Source: Hadesarchaea archaeon (GTDB taxonomy: Archaea; Hadarchaeota; Hadarchaeia; Hadarchaeales; WYZ-LMO6). Taken from it: a stretch of DNA of 39,589 nt. A program made the position numbers and the translations under genes. Within the stretch, counting starts at the first letter, position 1, and the number at the start of each line of letters is the position of its first letter. Positions 27,571-36,246 of the stretch are shown here, one piece after another. The stretch covers positions 1 to 39,589 of the forward strand of contig JAPDJF010000054.1 of the NCBI GenBank assembly GCA_029259185.1, given 5' to 3'. The notes beneath the pieces were generated by a model. The model had not been told where the DNA came from. It made no database searches and saw only the letters and a list, made by a program, of their open reading frames with translations.

Positions 27571-27822
27571 ATGATCAGACTCTCCCAAGTTCACGGCCTT
27601 CGGATATATAATGACCGAGCGAGATACGTGGGGAATGTTCGTGATATAGTATTGGACGATGAGGAGGGTAAAGTAGTCGGTCTAGCCTTCGGGCGTAAAG
27701 GAGACACAATTCTGTCAGTCCCTTACGATAGTGTGCTCGCCATAGGTGATATAGTTCTAACCAGAAGTAAGGAATCTGAGCAAGCTGGGGAGGGGGAGGG
27801 GTCTCAAGCCCCCGGGGGATGA
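27571..27822 (+). CDS. PRC-barrel domain protein (CdpB-like cell division protein)
   Basis: LSQVHGLRIYNDRARYVGNVRDIVLD...VPYDSVLAIGDIVL. Confidence 0.85.
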   Translation: MIRLSQVHGLRIYNDRARYVGNVRDIVLDDEEGKVVGLAFGRKGDTILSVPYDSVLAIGDIVLTRSKESEQAGEGEGSQAPGG

Positions 27823-27827
27823 GTTCC

Positions 27828-28949
27828 CTAGAGATAGTTGCTCCCACATGACTTTCGGCTGGGAGTTTGGAGTGGTAATGGTATGAAGGTCACCTCTAGT
27901 TGGTCGAAAGTTGGGTAGTATTCGATCCAAGCGAACTTGAGTCCTTTTTCCTTCTTAGATAAGGTTTCGGCTGTGATCGGATCTAGATCGAGTCTCTTTC
28001 TCTTGAGGTCTACCGATATGAGGTGGTTCGGGATCCTATATTTTCTGATTAACCTTCTTTTCTCTTTGATAAGCTCAAGTCGAGGAATTCCGTAAACGAT
28101 CCCCTTTACGAGAAGCCCCTCCCGGGTGATACGCTCGTACGGTTTCGCTACGTTCTTGGCCCTCCGTTTCAGACGATTTCGGAGTTGTACCCCATCTTTC
28201 AGTGAGCTAGGACAGTAGTGCACGTTCAGGTCAGTATTCTCAGCAGCCCAGTTCAATACCTTCATAGCTAGAGGCTCACTCCCCCTGACCGCGACCGATT
28301 CATCAGATTTTATCTTGAATCCTCGCTTGAGCAGGTTTGTGGAATTGGTTTCCGAAAATTCCAGTTCATTCAAATTAACGAAAAGGCACCCTATCTCGTC
28401 GAGTTCTTTTAGGAGGCGGATCGTCTTCGAAAAATCTCTCGGGATGGCTGGAATTTCAACTCCAGCGTCGAGCCCAATTTTGAGGGCAGATCTCACGGGC
28501 TCTCCAGTCCAAGTGTGGAATCTGAGTTCGTCCAATCCCGCATCCTTCAGTTCCTTGAGTTTTTCGTTAGGAAGTGCTCCGATGCAGTACATGTGCACGT
28601 GGTGTTCCTTCCCGAACTCTCTCTTCAGGAGCTTTAGGTACCGAATGACGCGTTTGAACTTCAGAGCGGGGTTGCCCCCCGTGATCCCTGTCCCCAGGGC
28701 ATCCATCAGTCTAGCTTCCTCGAGGATATCGGCATACGATTTTACCGGTCGCTCGTTAGCGTATACCACATCTTTTCCCCTCCTTTTCTCAGAGAGTGGA
28801 CAGTAATAACACGAGTGATTACAAATTCCGGTGACAAAGAGTACGAGCTTTGCCCCCCGAATGCAGAGCTTGCATCCTTCAGGCATCTCCCGGAGGAGAA
28901 GAGAGTTAGCAGGAGTACGCTTGATCTCCGGTGCCAATTCAGTGTTCAT
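27828..28949 (-). CDS. Radical SAM protein (conserved archaeal, PFL-activase-related)
   Basis: GCKLCIRGAKLVLFVTGICNHSCYYCPLS (CxxxCxxC), GITGGNP, LDELRFH. Confidence 0.9.
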   Translation of the reverse strand: MNTELAPEIKRTPANSLLLREMPEGCKLCIRGAKLVLFVTGICNHSCYYCPLSEKRRGKDVVYANERPVKSYADILEEARLMDALGTGITGGNPALKFKRVIRYLKLLKREFGKEHHVHMYCIGALPNEKLKELKDAGLDELRFHTWTGEPVRSALKIGLDAGVEIPAIPRDFSKTIRLLKELDEIGCLFVNLNELEFSETNSTNLLKRGFKIKSDESVAVRGSEPLAMKVLNWAAENTDLNVHYCPSSLKDGVQLRNRLKRRAKNVAKPYERITREGLLVKGIVYGIPRLELIKEKRRLIRKYRIPNHLISVDLKRKRLDLDPITAETLSKKEKGLKFAWIEYYPTFDQLEVTFIPLPLQTPSRKSCGSNYL

Positions 28950-29025
28950 TTTCAGACCTTTTTTTACTCGGAAGTCTCTCTCCTAACATTTTTAAAACTA
29001 GTGGGTGATTTTATACCTTGATAAA

Positions 29026-29565
29026 ATGCCCAAGCCGAGGGTGGATATAGAGATCCAAAACATAGTACTTTCGGTAGTATACGAAGGTACTACCTTTAAC
29101 TTGGAGAGGTTGGTCAAAGCCCTCGATAACGCGAGATATGATCCCGAAGTCTTTCCAGGAATAGCTTACAAATCAGAGGATCCTCCGGCCTCGTTCCTGA
29201 TTTTCTCTTCGGGTAAAATGAACTGTGTGGGTGCTAAGAGCATGAGGGATGCTAGACTCGCGATAAAAAAGCTCACTAAGAAGCTTAAGAAGGCCGGTGC
29301 TAAAGTGAAGTCTGAGCCCAAGGTTCAAGTCCAGAATATCGTGGCATCGTTTGACTTCAAGAGGGAGTTCGATCTTGAGCAGATATCGAGAACTTATGAG
29401 AACACAGAGTATGAGCCAGAGGTTTTCCCCGGTTTGGTTTTCAGGTTGGAAAAACCGAAAGCTGTAGTTCTCTTATTCGTGTCCGGCAAGGGGGTCTGTG
29501 CGGGAGCAAAGACGATGAAGGATATTGAAGCTGCTGCCAAGATAATAATGAGGACCCTCAAGTAA
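29026..29565 (+). CDS. tbp: TATA-box binding protein
   Basis: Two repeats: IQNIVLS...YDPEVFPG...LIFSSGKMNCVGAKS and VQNIVAS...YEPEVFPGL...LLFVSGKGVCAGAK. Confidence 0.97.
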   Translation: MPKPRVDIEIQNIVLSVVYEGTTFNLERLVKALDNARYDPEVFPGIAYKSEDPPASFLIFSSGKMNCVGAKSMRDARLAIKKLTKKLKKAGAKVKSEPKVQVQNIVASFDFKREFDLEQISRTYENTEYEPEVFPGLVFRLEKPKAVVLLFVSGKGVCAGAKTMKDIEAAAKIIMRTLK

Positions 29566-29603
29566 ACCTTCTTCTTTTTTGACTCCCACTTCTCTGGAGT
29601 ACC

Positions 29604-30869
29604 ATGGACATCGTGGTTCACGGAAAAGCAACAATCTCCGGAGAGATGCGACCACCCCCTTCCAAGTTTTATACTCACTTCACCACAGCCTTGGCCTCCC
29701 TTTCTCATGGAAAGAGTGTTGTTAGGGATCCCCTTCCAGTCAAGGACACACTTTCCCTCTTTAGGGCATTGGAAAAATTAGGTGTGGTGATTAGCCGTGG
29801 AGCGAGGGAGTGGGTGGTGTGGGGGACGGGGGGAGAGCTCAGGCCCAAGGGAAACACATTGGATGTGGGAAACTCGGCCACGGCCCTCAGTATTTTGACA
29901 TCCATTTCAACGTTGGCTTCCCGAGTTCTCGTGGTCACGGGAGACTCTCAACTGCGTTCCCGTCCCATGCCCTCCCTACTGCGTGGACTTCGTAGGTTGG
30001 GGGGAGAGGTGTACTCCACGAAGCCTGAGGAGAGCGCGCCCTTCATAGTCTTCGGAGGAGGGCTCCAAGGCGGGATGGTGGATGGAGTGGATGCGAGGTT
30101 TTTACCGGCGTTCCTACTACCGGCCCCATTCGCCTCCAAGGGAGTGGAGATACGGGTGAGGACAGGGGGAGAAGTCTTGGAAAGGTGTGCCGACTTCATC
30201 CAGAGGATGGGGGTCCCTTTGAGGATGCAAGGGAGGAGACTCATAATTTCAGAGGGAAGTTTCAGACCATCAACTCTTGTGGTTCCGCCGAGTCTCTACC
30301 AAGTAGCCCCTTTCATCGTCGCCGCGTGTCTAACTTATTCTGAGCTTCGATTGCGGGCTAATAAGGAAAAATGTGAAGGCGTGTTCTTGCTGAAAATCTT
30401 GGAGGAAATGGGCATGAACTTTCGATTCTCAAGGGAAAAAATAGTGATCAAGGGGCCCCAAAGAGCTGGGGGAGGTGTGGTGGATCTGGGTGGAAATCCG
30501 GACATCCTTCCACTGATAGCCGTCGTTGCTTCCCTAGCCCATGGGAGAACCCGGTTGGTGAACGTTTCGGGGGCGAGGGAGATGAAATCGGATCGTGTCT
30601 CATCAATGGCAAAAAATCTCAGAAAGATGGGGGCCAAGATAAAGGAAAGGCGTGGAGAATTGGTGATCGAGGGTCAGAGGGTACTGAGGGGAGCAGAGGT
30701 GGATGGGAGCGACGACCATGCGGTAGCAGCAGCGCTGGTGGTGGCGGGTTTGGTGGCGGAGGGACGAACTGTGGTGAGAGGCGGAGTTGGAGCCCTGCGT
30801 ACTTCTTATTCGAAGTTTTTATCCGAGTTTCAAAAGTTGGGGGCGGGAGTAAGTTTGAAGGGGGATTAG
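29604..30869 (+). CDS. EPSP synthase (AroA)-like protein with degenerate catalytic motifs
   Basis: Full-length AroA layout (PPPSK, LDVGNSAT, LRSRPM, NPDILP, SDR, DDH), but several invariant residues are replaced. Confidence 0.85.
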   Translation: MDIVVHGKATISGEMRPPPSKFYTHFTTALASLSHGKSVVRDPLPVKDTLSLFRALEKLGVVISRGAREWVVWGTGGELRPKGNTLDVGNSATALSILTSISTLASRVLVVTGDSQLRSRPMPSLLRGLRRLGGEVYSTKPEESAPFIVFGGGLQGGMVDGVDARFLPAFLLPAPFASKGVEIRVRTGGEVLERCADFIQRMGVPLRMQGRRLIISEGSFRPSTLVVPPSLYQVAPFIVAACLTYSELRLRANKEKCEGVFLLKILEEMGMNFRFSREKIVIKGPQRAGGGVVDLGGNPDILPLIAVVASLAHGRTRLVNVSGAREMKSDRVSSMAKNLRKMGAKIKERRGELVIEGQRVLRGAEVDGSDDHAVAAALVVAGLVAEGRTVVRGGVGALRTSYSKFLSEFQKLGAGVSLKGD

Positions 30870-31056
30870 AACGGAATCGAGCGAGAAACCCCCAGCGCTT
30901 TAGCCGTGAGGTGAATGCGTGTCGAGGGCCGATTCCGCAATAGCTAAGGGCCCGAACGAACGCCTGTGAGCTCAAGACCTCCGTAATCCGTCCTTCCAGA
31001 TGGGATCAGTCTGATCGTCAAAGAGGAAGCCCCGCTTTAGGGGTGTGGTAGTTGAC
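30870..31056 (+). mobile_element. Non-autonomous IS200/IS605 mini-element (omegaRNA-like)
   Basis: Left-end hairpin GAAACCCCAGCGCTTTAGCCGTGAGG, core ACGCCTGTGAGCTCAAGACCTCCGTAA, right end GAAGCCCCGCTTTAGGGGTGTGGTAGTTGAC. Left boundary approximate. Confidence 0.7.
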
Positions 31057-31057
31057 C

Positions 31058-31828
31058 TCATATCCCACCCAAGAGAGAGACGAGGGTCCAGTAAAAGTCC
31101 CCGTATAGAATGGCCGATAAGAGACCCACGGCCAGAGCTGGGGCGAACGGTATTCCCTTCTTTATTTTTATGGTATTTTTAAGTTTGCTATCGTTGACGA
31201 GGCGTTTGAGCGTCCTCACTTGATATCTTGTCAATCCAGCCGCCCGTCTTGGATTGGCGAAAAATTTGTCACCCTCTGGCCGAGGATGTATCCCGAATAT
31301 AGTGCTCCATCTCATGATTTTTCCTCCTTTTTCGTAGATGTACTCGGCTGGGATCATCCCCTCCCGGAGATCTGTTATTTTGATCTCTTCGTAAAAGATC
31401 CCTATTCCTCTCATGAGACACGTGAGCGCGTAAATGAGCAAGATGGGTACCATCATCAAAATGCTGTTGAACAGAATAGAAAGTGGAAACAGTGGATAAT
31501 CGCTAGCATAGGGAGCTGGGGATCTGGGGGAGGAATACATAGGTAGCAGTGCTCCAAACGCCGTGAACAGCTTGACATCCCCTCCTGCCCACCCCCCGAC
31601 CGACCAGAGGAAGTATGCTACACCGAAAGCTACACCCGCCCCGATGGCACCGGAGGACGCGATATACGCATTTCTTTCCCAAATACCCCTGAAGAGGTGA
31701 AAACAAATGCCCGCTCCTATCATCGGGATGGTGAGTTTATCCGGAATGATACGATCTCTGAATACATCGGTGTACACGGCCATGATCGCCGTGGTTACAG
31801 CTAACCCAACGGGAATCAACTCAAGCAT
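31058..31828 (-). CDS. A24-family prepilin/preflagellin peptidase
   Basis: YTDVFRDRIIPD, GGWAGGDVKL (two catalytic Asp), GIPFAPAL. Confidence 0.9.
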   Translation of the reverse strand: MLELIPVGLAVTTAIMAVYTDVFRDRIIPDKLTIPMIGAGICFHLFRGIWERNAYIASSGAIGAGVAFGVAYFLWSVGGWAGGDVKLFTAFGALLPMYSSPRSPAPYASDYPLFPLSILFNSILMMVPILLIYALTCLMRGIGIFYEEIKITDLREGMIPAEYIYEKGGKIMRWSTIFGIHPRPEGDKFFANPRRAAGLTRYQVRTLKRLVNDSKLKNTIKIKKGIPFAPALAVGLLSAILYGDFYWTLVSLLGGI

Positions 31829-31916
31829 CTTCTTTCTCCCCTCGTGGTTTTGGATTTAAATTTTTGTGGCGGGTGGGCTTTGCACAAAAATTAGCCTCTG
31901 AGGCCAATTTCCGTGC

Positions 31917-32140
31917 TTGGGGGCTCGGGGTCCCCTAAGGGCCGAAAGCCCTACGGCCCAGGCCCTTGAGAAGGATTACCGGACTCTGAGAGAGCAAACG
32001 AGGCTGCCCTCTTACTACTGCCGTGCTTGGCTTGGAAGGCTGGCGATGGGCGGAGGGTTTCCTTCAAGCTCGTCGACACGGCTTGGATCGGAGGCCGTAG
32101 GGTTCAGCCCTTATCGCTTGGAGGCCAACCTCAACCACGA
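31917..32140 (+). pseudogene. Short TnpB relic related to the 17.2-kb copy
   Basis: KDYRTLREQTRLPSYY matches RDYKKLREQTRLSSYY at about 17285; shares TAGGGTTC..CCCTT near the 3' end. Confidence 0.6.
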
Positions 32141-32247
32141 TCTTTTGGATCCATTTGCTTTTGCAGTATTTTTGTGCAAAGCGTAAAGGTTCGAAAAGTT
32201 TTAAGAGATTCTTCCTCAAATAAAATCGAGAAACTTTGAGTCAAGAG

Positions 32248-32769
32248 ATGGATGAAAAAAGGGTAGCGAGAGAAGTTGCGATGTTTATGATTCTCTCGGC
32301 TAGGACAGCGCCTAAAGCGAGGGGGATAGATCACCTCAAGACGGCAATACTCACAGGCCAAGAGAAAGATAGGTTGGCAGGAGAAATGGAAAAACTCAGT
32401 TCAGAGTATGGTTTCTTTGAAAGGGACGCAAAAAATGTGAGAAGTGCTGAAGTAGTTCTGTTGATTGGTTTGTCAGCTGCTCCTATAGGCCTGAACTGTG
32501 GTGCATGTGGGAGGACATGTACAGAACTTCAAGGGGAATCCTCTAAAGAGGGGAAAGGGTATAGGGGGCCCCTCTGTGTTATGGACATAATGAATTTTGG
32601 TATTGCTTTGGGTTCAGCCGTTAAGACAGCCTCGATGTTTAACGTGGACAATCGTATGATGTTTTCTGCTGGGGTGGCGGCTAGGAAGTCAGGAATAATG
32701 GACGCGGATGTCGTGATAGGAATTCCTCTTTCCATTAAAGGCAAGAATATCTTTTTCGATCGGAAGTAG
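32248..32769 (+). CDS. DUF2148-type ferredoxin-domain protein
   Basis: SARTAPKARGID, NCGACG, GIALGSAVKTA, VDNRMMFSAG, GKNIFFDR. Confidence 0.85.
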   Translation: MDEKRVAREVAMFMILSARTAPKARGIDHLKTAILTGQEKDRLAGEMEKLSSEYGFFERDAKNVRSAEVVLLIGLSAAPIGLNCGACGRTCTELQGESSKEGKGYRGPLCVMDIMNFGIALGSAVKTASMFNVDNRMMFSAGVAARKSGIMDADVVIGIPLSIKGKNIFFDRK

Positions 32770-32831
32770 GGCTCAGTTGGTTCTTCCTAAGGTTATCTTC
32801 ATCGCCCCTACTCGTGTTCTCTTCCATGTTT

Positions 32832-33019
32832 GTGAACTACCCCTCCCTCACGGAAGGAGCTTCTCCGACCGTGCCTTCACGGCTTGGGGAACTCCAGCAC
32901 GGGACCCCTTTACGGAGACCTCTGTCCCAGAGGCGTCCCCGACAAAGAAATATCACAAAAAGTGTATATATGAATTGTGGGCTCCCGTCCCCTCCTTTCG
33001 GACTTCCCGCCCGCATCGG
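32832..33019 (-). mobile_element. Non-autonomous IS200/IS605 mini-element (omegaRNA-like)
   Basis: Minus strand: TTTAA target, internal TATATA, ACGCCTCTGGGACAGAGGTCTCCGTAA core, right end GAAGCTCCTTCCGTGAGGGAGGGGTAGTTCAC. Confidence 0.65.
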
Positions 33020-33077
33020 TTAAAGATGGGGTCAGTTGGGGTAGGGAGAGGCGTGTTTTCCAGATTTTCCTGCATGT

Positions 33078-33337
33078 GTGAACCACCCCCAGCTCTCGCA
33101 GGGGGCTCCCTGCTTCATCCACCGCGCTCGATCCCCTCACAGGTGCGGTCATCCGCTTGCCCGCCGGCGCTTTCAGCCTTGCGGACCTGCGGGAGGTTAC
33201 GGAGGTCTTGTCTCCACAGGCGTTCGCTCGGGCCGTCCCAGCCCTACTCAAGAGAGTTTTTATCACCAACTACCAACTATATATGTGTTCCACCTCTCAT
33301 TCCCTCCCTTGCGGAAGGGGACTTCTCGGCGGTGGAG
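33078..33337 (-). mobile_element. Non-autonomous IS200/IS605 mini-element (omegaRNA-like)
   Basis: Minus strand: TTTAA target, left-end hairpin GAAGTCCCCTTCCGCAAGGGAGGG, TATATA, ACGCCTGTGGAGACAAGACCTCCGTAA core, right end GGGGGTGGTTCAC. Confidence 0.7.
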
Positions 33338-33372
33338 TTAAAGTTAAGGAGACCCGTCGAAGCTTTAGAGGG

Positions 33373-34065
33373 GTGAAAATTCATCCTTTTGCTGGCTTTG
33401 AGAAAGTTGGTTTGACATTCCTAATAATTTCGATCTTGAGTACGGTTCTCTTTCTCATAACTTCCACATTCCCCACACTCGTGAATGCGCTCTCTTTATC
33501 CTCTGAGCATCCTTGGGGAATTTTCACATCTATTTTCGTCCACGAGGATCTCAGCCACCTTTTAAACAACATATTTTCCCTTTCGGTGTTTTCCGCGTTT
33601 TTTGTCTTAGTGAATTCCCTATGGAAAGAGGAGCTTAGGAGATACTGGAGCACGGTTTTCTTTCAAACGATTTTTCTTTCGGGAATCGGAACAAACACTG
33701 TTGAGTTCGTTCTCCGCAGATACACTTGGTCAACCATAAGTTCATGTGGAGTTTCAGCTGTTGTTTATGCCTCAAAGGGGATCCTGATGATCGCGTCCCT
33801 TTACAATTTTTCAGTCTATTTGATTGGTTTCTCTAGATTTTCGAAGAAGCGAGACATCGCTGGAATATTCGTGATTTTCCTCTCTATTATGATTATTTCT
33901 TCATTCTTGTTTGAGCTGATATGGGATCCGAAAACATTCTTTGGTGCCGCCCCCCATGTTAATACATTTGCTCATTTTGTTGGGTTTCTGCTGGGGATGG
34001 CCATTTCCTCTTCTATACTTTTCATCCACAATCTCAGAAGAGTTTCCCATGCCGGTATGGTCTAG
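33373..34065 (+). CDS. Rhomboid-family intramembrane serine protease
   Basis: WGIFTSIFVH...HLLNN, CGVSAVVY (GxS), AHFVGFLLG. The track start at 33157 lies inside the mini-element. Confidence 0.85.
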   Translation: MKIHPFAGFEKVGLTFLIISILSTVLFLITSTFPTLVNALSLSSEHPWGIFTSIFVHEDLSHLLNNIFSLSVFSAFFVLVNSLWKEELRRYWSTVFFQTIFLSGIGTNTVEFVLRRYTWSTISSCGVSAVVYASKGILMIASLYNFSVYLIGFSRFSKKRDIAGIFVIFLSIMIISSFLFELIWDPKTFFGAAPHVNTFAHFVGFLLGMAISSSILFIHNLRRVSHAGMV

Positions 34066-34363
34066 TCCGGTTATATTCCATCTTCCGTTTGAGTGCGCTC
34101 TCTAGATCTATCCCTCTTGCTTCACAGTAGTCAAATATGCGTATCAAACAGTCAGCGAGTTCTTCTCCGACTCTTTCTTTAGATCCTCCCGATCGAAGGA
34201 TTTGCAAGCACTCGGAGAGCTCACTGTGCATCAATGCGATCAATTCGCCATCGTTCCGCTCTCGGTCCCACCACCCTTTTGACCTAGCTATCTCATGAGC
34301 CTCTTTACAGAGTCTGGATATCTCTCCCATCGAATCAAGAGTTGTTTTTAACTTTTTATCCAT
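34034..34363 (-). CDS. MazG-like nucleotide pyrophosphatase
   Basis: LMHSELSECL, EELADCLIRIFD, KMEYNRTRPYRHGK. Confidence 0.88.
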   Translation of the reverse strand: MDKKLKTTLDSMGEISRLCKEAHEIARSKGWWDRERNDGELIALMHSELSECLQILRSGGSKERVGEELADCLIRIFDYCEARGIDLESALKRKMEYNRTRPYRHGKLF

Positions 34364-34377
34364 TTAAGTTCGACAAA

Positions 34378-35025
34378 TCATTCTTCCTCTTGAGATTTTC
34401 TTGCTCTCTCTACCAGGGTCTTCAAGGCCTCTACCGGTTGGGATTCAATTTTTCTTTCCATTTCTAATAGGAAGCGATTAGCGGTTGGGCCTCCTATTTG
34501 CCAGAGGTCCACATAGAGTTGAGCAAAAGGAGCAGATCGGTCTTGTTTTAAAAGTTTAAGGTGGGGGTCAGACTTGAGGACAACGAGGTTGTGGTCTTTG
34601 ACGTTCGATTCAGGGAATTTTTTTCGAACTTCGTCGGGGTCGGCATAAACGAAGACTTCTTCATAGGGGACAGGGGTTGTTTTGAATGTGAACTTGTATC
34701 CAGAGTACCCCGTAAAGATGGCTTCCTCTGGTAGAGCATCCTCTATTCTATCTGGGGAGTAGGGTGAGAAAGTCATGTAGGCTATATCGTTCGGAAGGTT
34801 TCGTGTAGCGGCCCAGTAAGTTAATACTTTTTTTGGCTCCGTCACCCTAAATCCAAAAGGTCTCTTCTCTACAGCGCGTAATCTATCGAGTTTTGTCACG
34901 AGCCGATTGACGGTGTCCATGGATAACCCACAAGTAGCAGCGATGGATTTCTGGGTCATGAATATTTCGTTCTTTTCATAGACTCGGAAAAGGATTTCCC
35001 GCAAAACCCAGTCTATTTTTCTCAC
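34378..35025 (-). CDS. Winged-HTH transcriptional regulator (AbiEi-like C-terminal region)
   Basis: TQKSIAATCGLSMDTVNRLV HTH; APFAQLYVDLW. Confidence 0.75.
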   Translation of the reverse strand: MRKIDWVLREILFRVYEKNEIFMTQKSIAATCGLSMDTVNRLVTKLDRLRAVEKRPFGFRVTEPKKVLTYWAATRNLPNDIAYMTFSPYSPDRIEDALPEEAIFTGYSGYKFTFKTTPVPYEEVFVYADPDEVRKKFPESNVKDHNLVVLKSDPHLKLLKQDRSAPFAQLYVDLWQIGGPTANRFLLEMERKIESQPVEALKTLVERARKSQEEE

Positions 35026-35287
35026 ATCGAGAATAAATTGAGAGTTCTATTAAGTGTTTCGGAAAAATCCGACATAGCTTTTTGGATCCCAAGTCCTTTT
35101 TTATTCTAGTGATTTGAGGCACCCAAAATCTGCGGAAGTAGATAGAGACAGACTTAGAAGACTTGACTTTCCATATCAAAAATTTGATATCCATTTTTTC
35201 GAGCTGGTTCTAGTTTTTTTGACCTTAACGTTATTCAAATATTGACTTTTGAAAAGTGAACGCGACATCTTTGAACTGCATGGGTAG

Positions 35288-35329
35288 TGTATTTACATTT
35301 GGGTTTGTTTTGATTGCAATGTAAATACA
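35288..35329. promoter_or_regulatory. Perfect 12-bp inverted repeat, putative operator
   Basis: TGTATTTACATT-N18-AATGTAAATACA between divergent DNA-binding genes. Confidence 0.5.
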
Positions 35330-35419
35330 TCAAAGTGATATGTATGTGCACAGGAGAAACACTTTTATACCGTCATTTTTAACGGAATACAGACAGGGTG
35401 CCCCTGGGAGGTACGATGA

Positions 35420-36184
35420 ATGAAGATACCACGGAGGAAACGGCAAGTTACGACTATTACTCTAGACCCAGAGGTCCTTAAGAAAGCCAAAGAGCACAAT
35501 TTGAATATCTCAAGACTCAGCGAGGAAGCACTCAGGGAGATGATAAAAAGGATTGAAAGGGAAGGCGAGACGCTGGGGGCACCTGAGATAAAAAAAGGAG
35601 GTGAGAGAGTGGGAGTCAGAACTTGGGGAGCGATCGCGTCGGTCATCGTGTTAGTGGCAGTAATCGGAGCGTGGGCACTTTGGCCTACAGCACCATCTAC
35701 GCAACCAACTGGTACAGCAACGGTATCGGCAGTAGCAGCTTCGGGGACGGTCTTTGCAGCGGGGACACCTCCAGGCACAGCTTCTGGAATAGAAAATGTA
35801 TACATAATGAAAAGTGGTCTCTATACTAAGACGGAGAACTTATCTGGGCACGAAAATATCCTGGGAGTCATCACGGAAAGCGGTGGGTCTGTGGATATCC
35901 CCTATGATACTCCCTTTGATATCGTTATCGCCGTCAAAGCTGGAACTGACAACATGGCATATGCGGTGTTAGAGAATATGGAAGTGGAGCTGACCGTGGA
36001 TGGGTCATTCTCTCTAGGACCAGAAAACTGTACTGACAAGAATCTATTCGAGAACAGTGGATACGGAACTTCCGACGGCTGGATACGTGTGAACGCTGTG
36101 TGGGACAACAACGGAAGTGGATATACATTGCCGGCCGGGGGATCGATCTCGCTCGATCCTATAAAACTATGGTGTTGGGGTTAA
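35420..36184 (+). CDS. RHH (CcdA/VapB-like) domain in frame with a secreted or membrane-anchored beta-rich protein; internal start at 35609
   Basis: VTTITLDPEVLKKAKEHNLNISRLSEEALRE, then SD GGAGGTGA plus GTG 35609, a hydrophobic segment and a T/G/S-rich extracellular domain. Confidence 0.75.
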   Translation: MKIPRRKRQVTTITLDPEVLKKAKEHNLNISRLSEEALREMIKRIEREGETLGAPEIKKGGERVGVRTWGAIASVIVLVAVIGAWALWPTAPSTQPTGTATVSAVAASGTVFAAGTPPGTASGIENVYIMKSGLYTKTENLSGHENILGVITESGGSVDIPYDTPFDIVIAVKAGTDNMAYAVLENMEVELTVDGSFSLGPENCTDKNLFENSGYGTSDGWIRVNAVWDNNGSGYTLPAGGSISLDPIKLWCWG

Positions 36185-36246
36185 GCTAGGATGAATTAAC
36201 TTTTCCCCTCTTCTTTTTTTATGATAAAGAGAAGAGTGAGAGACTG

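Noticed and set aside
32777-33376. Pro/Arg-rich ORFs 32777-33376, 32910-33269 and the N-terminal extension of the rhomboid ORF
   Set aside because: They run through non-coding IS605 mini-elements and have non-protein-like composition.
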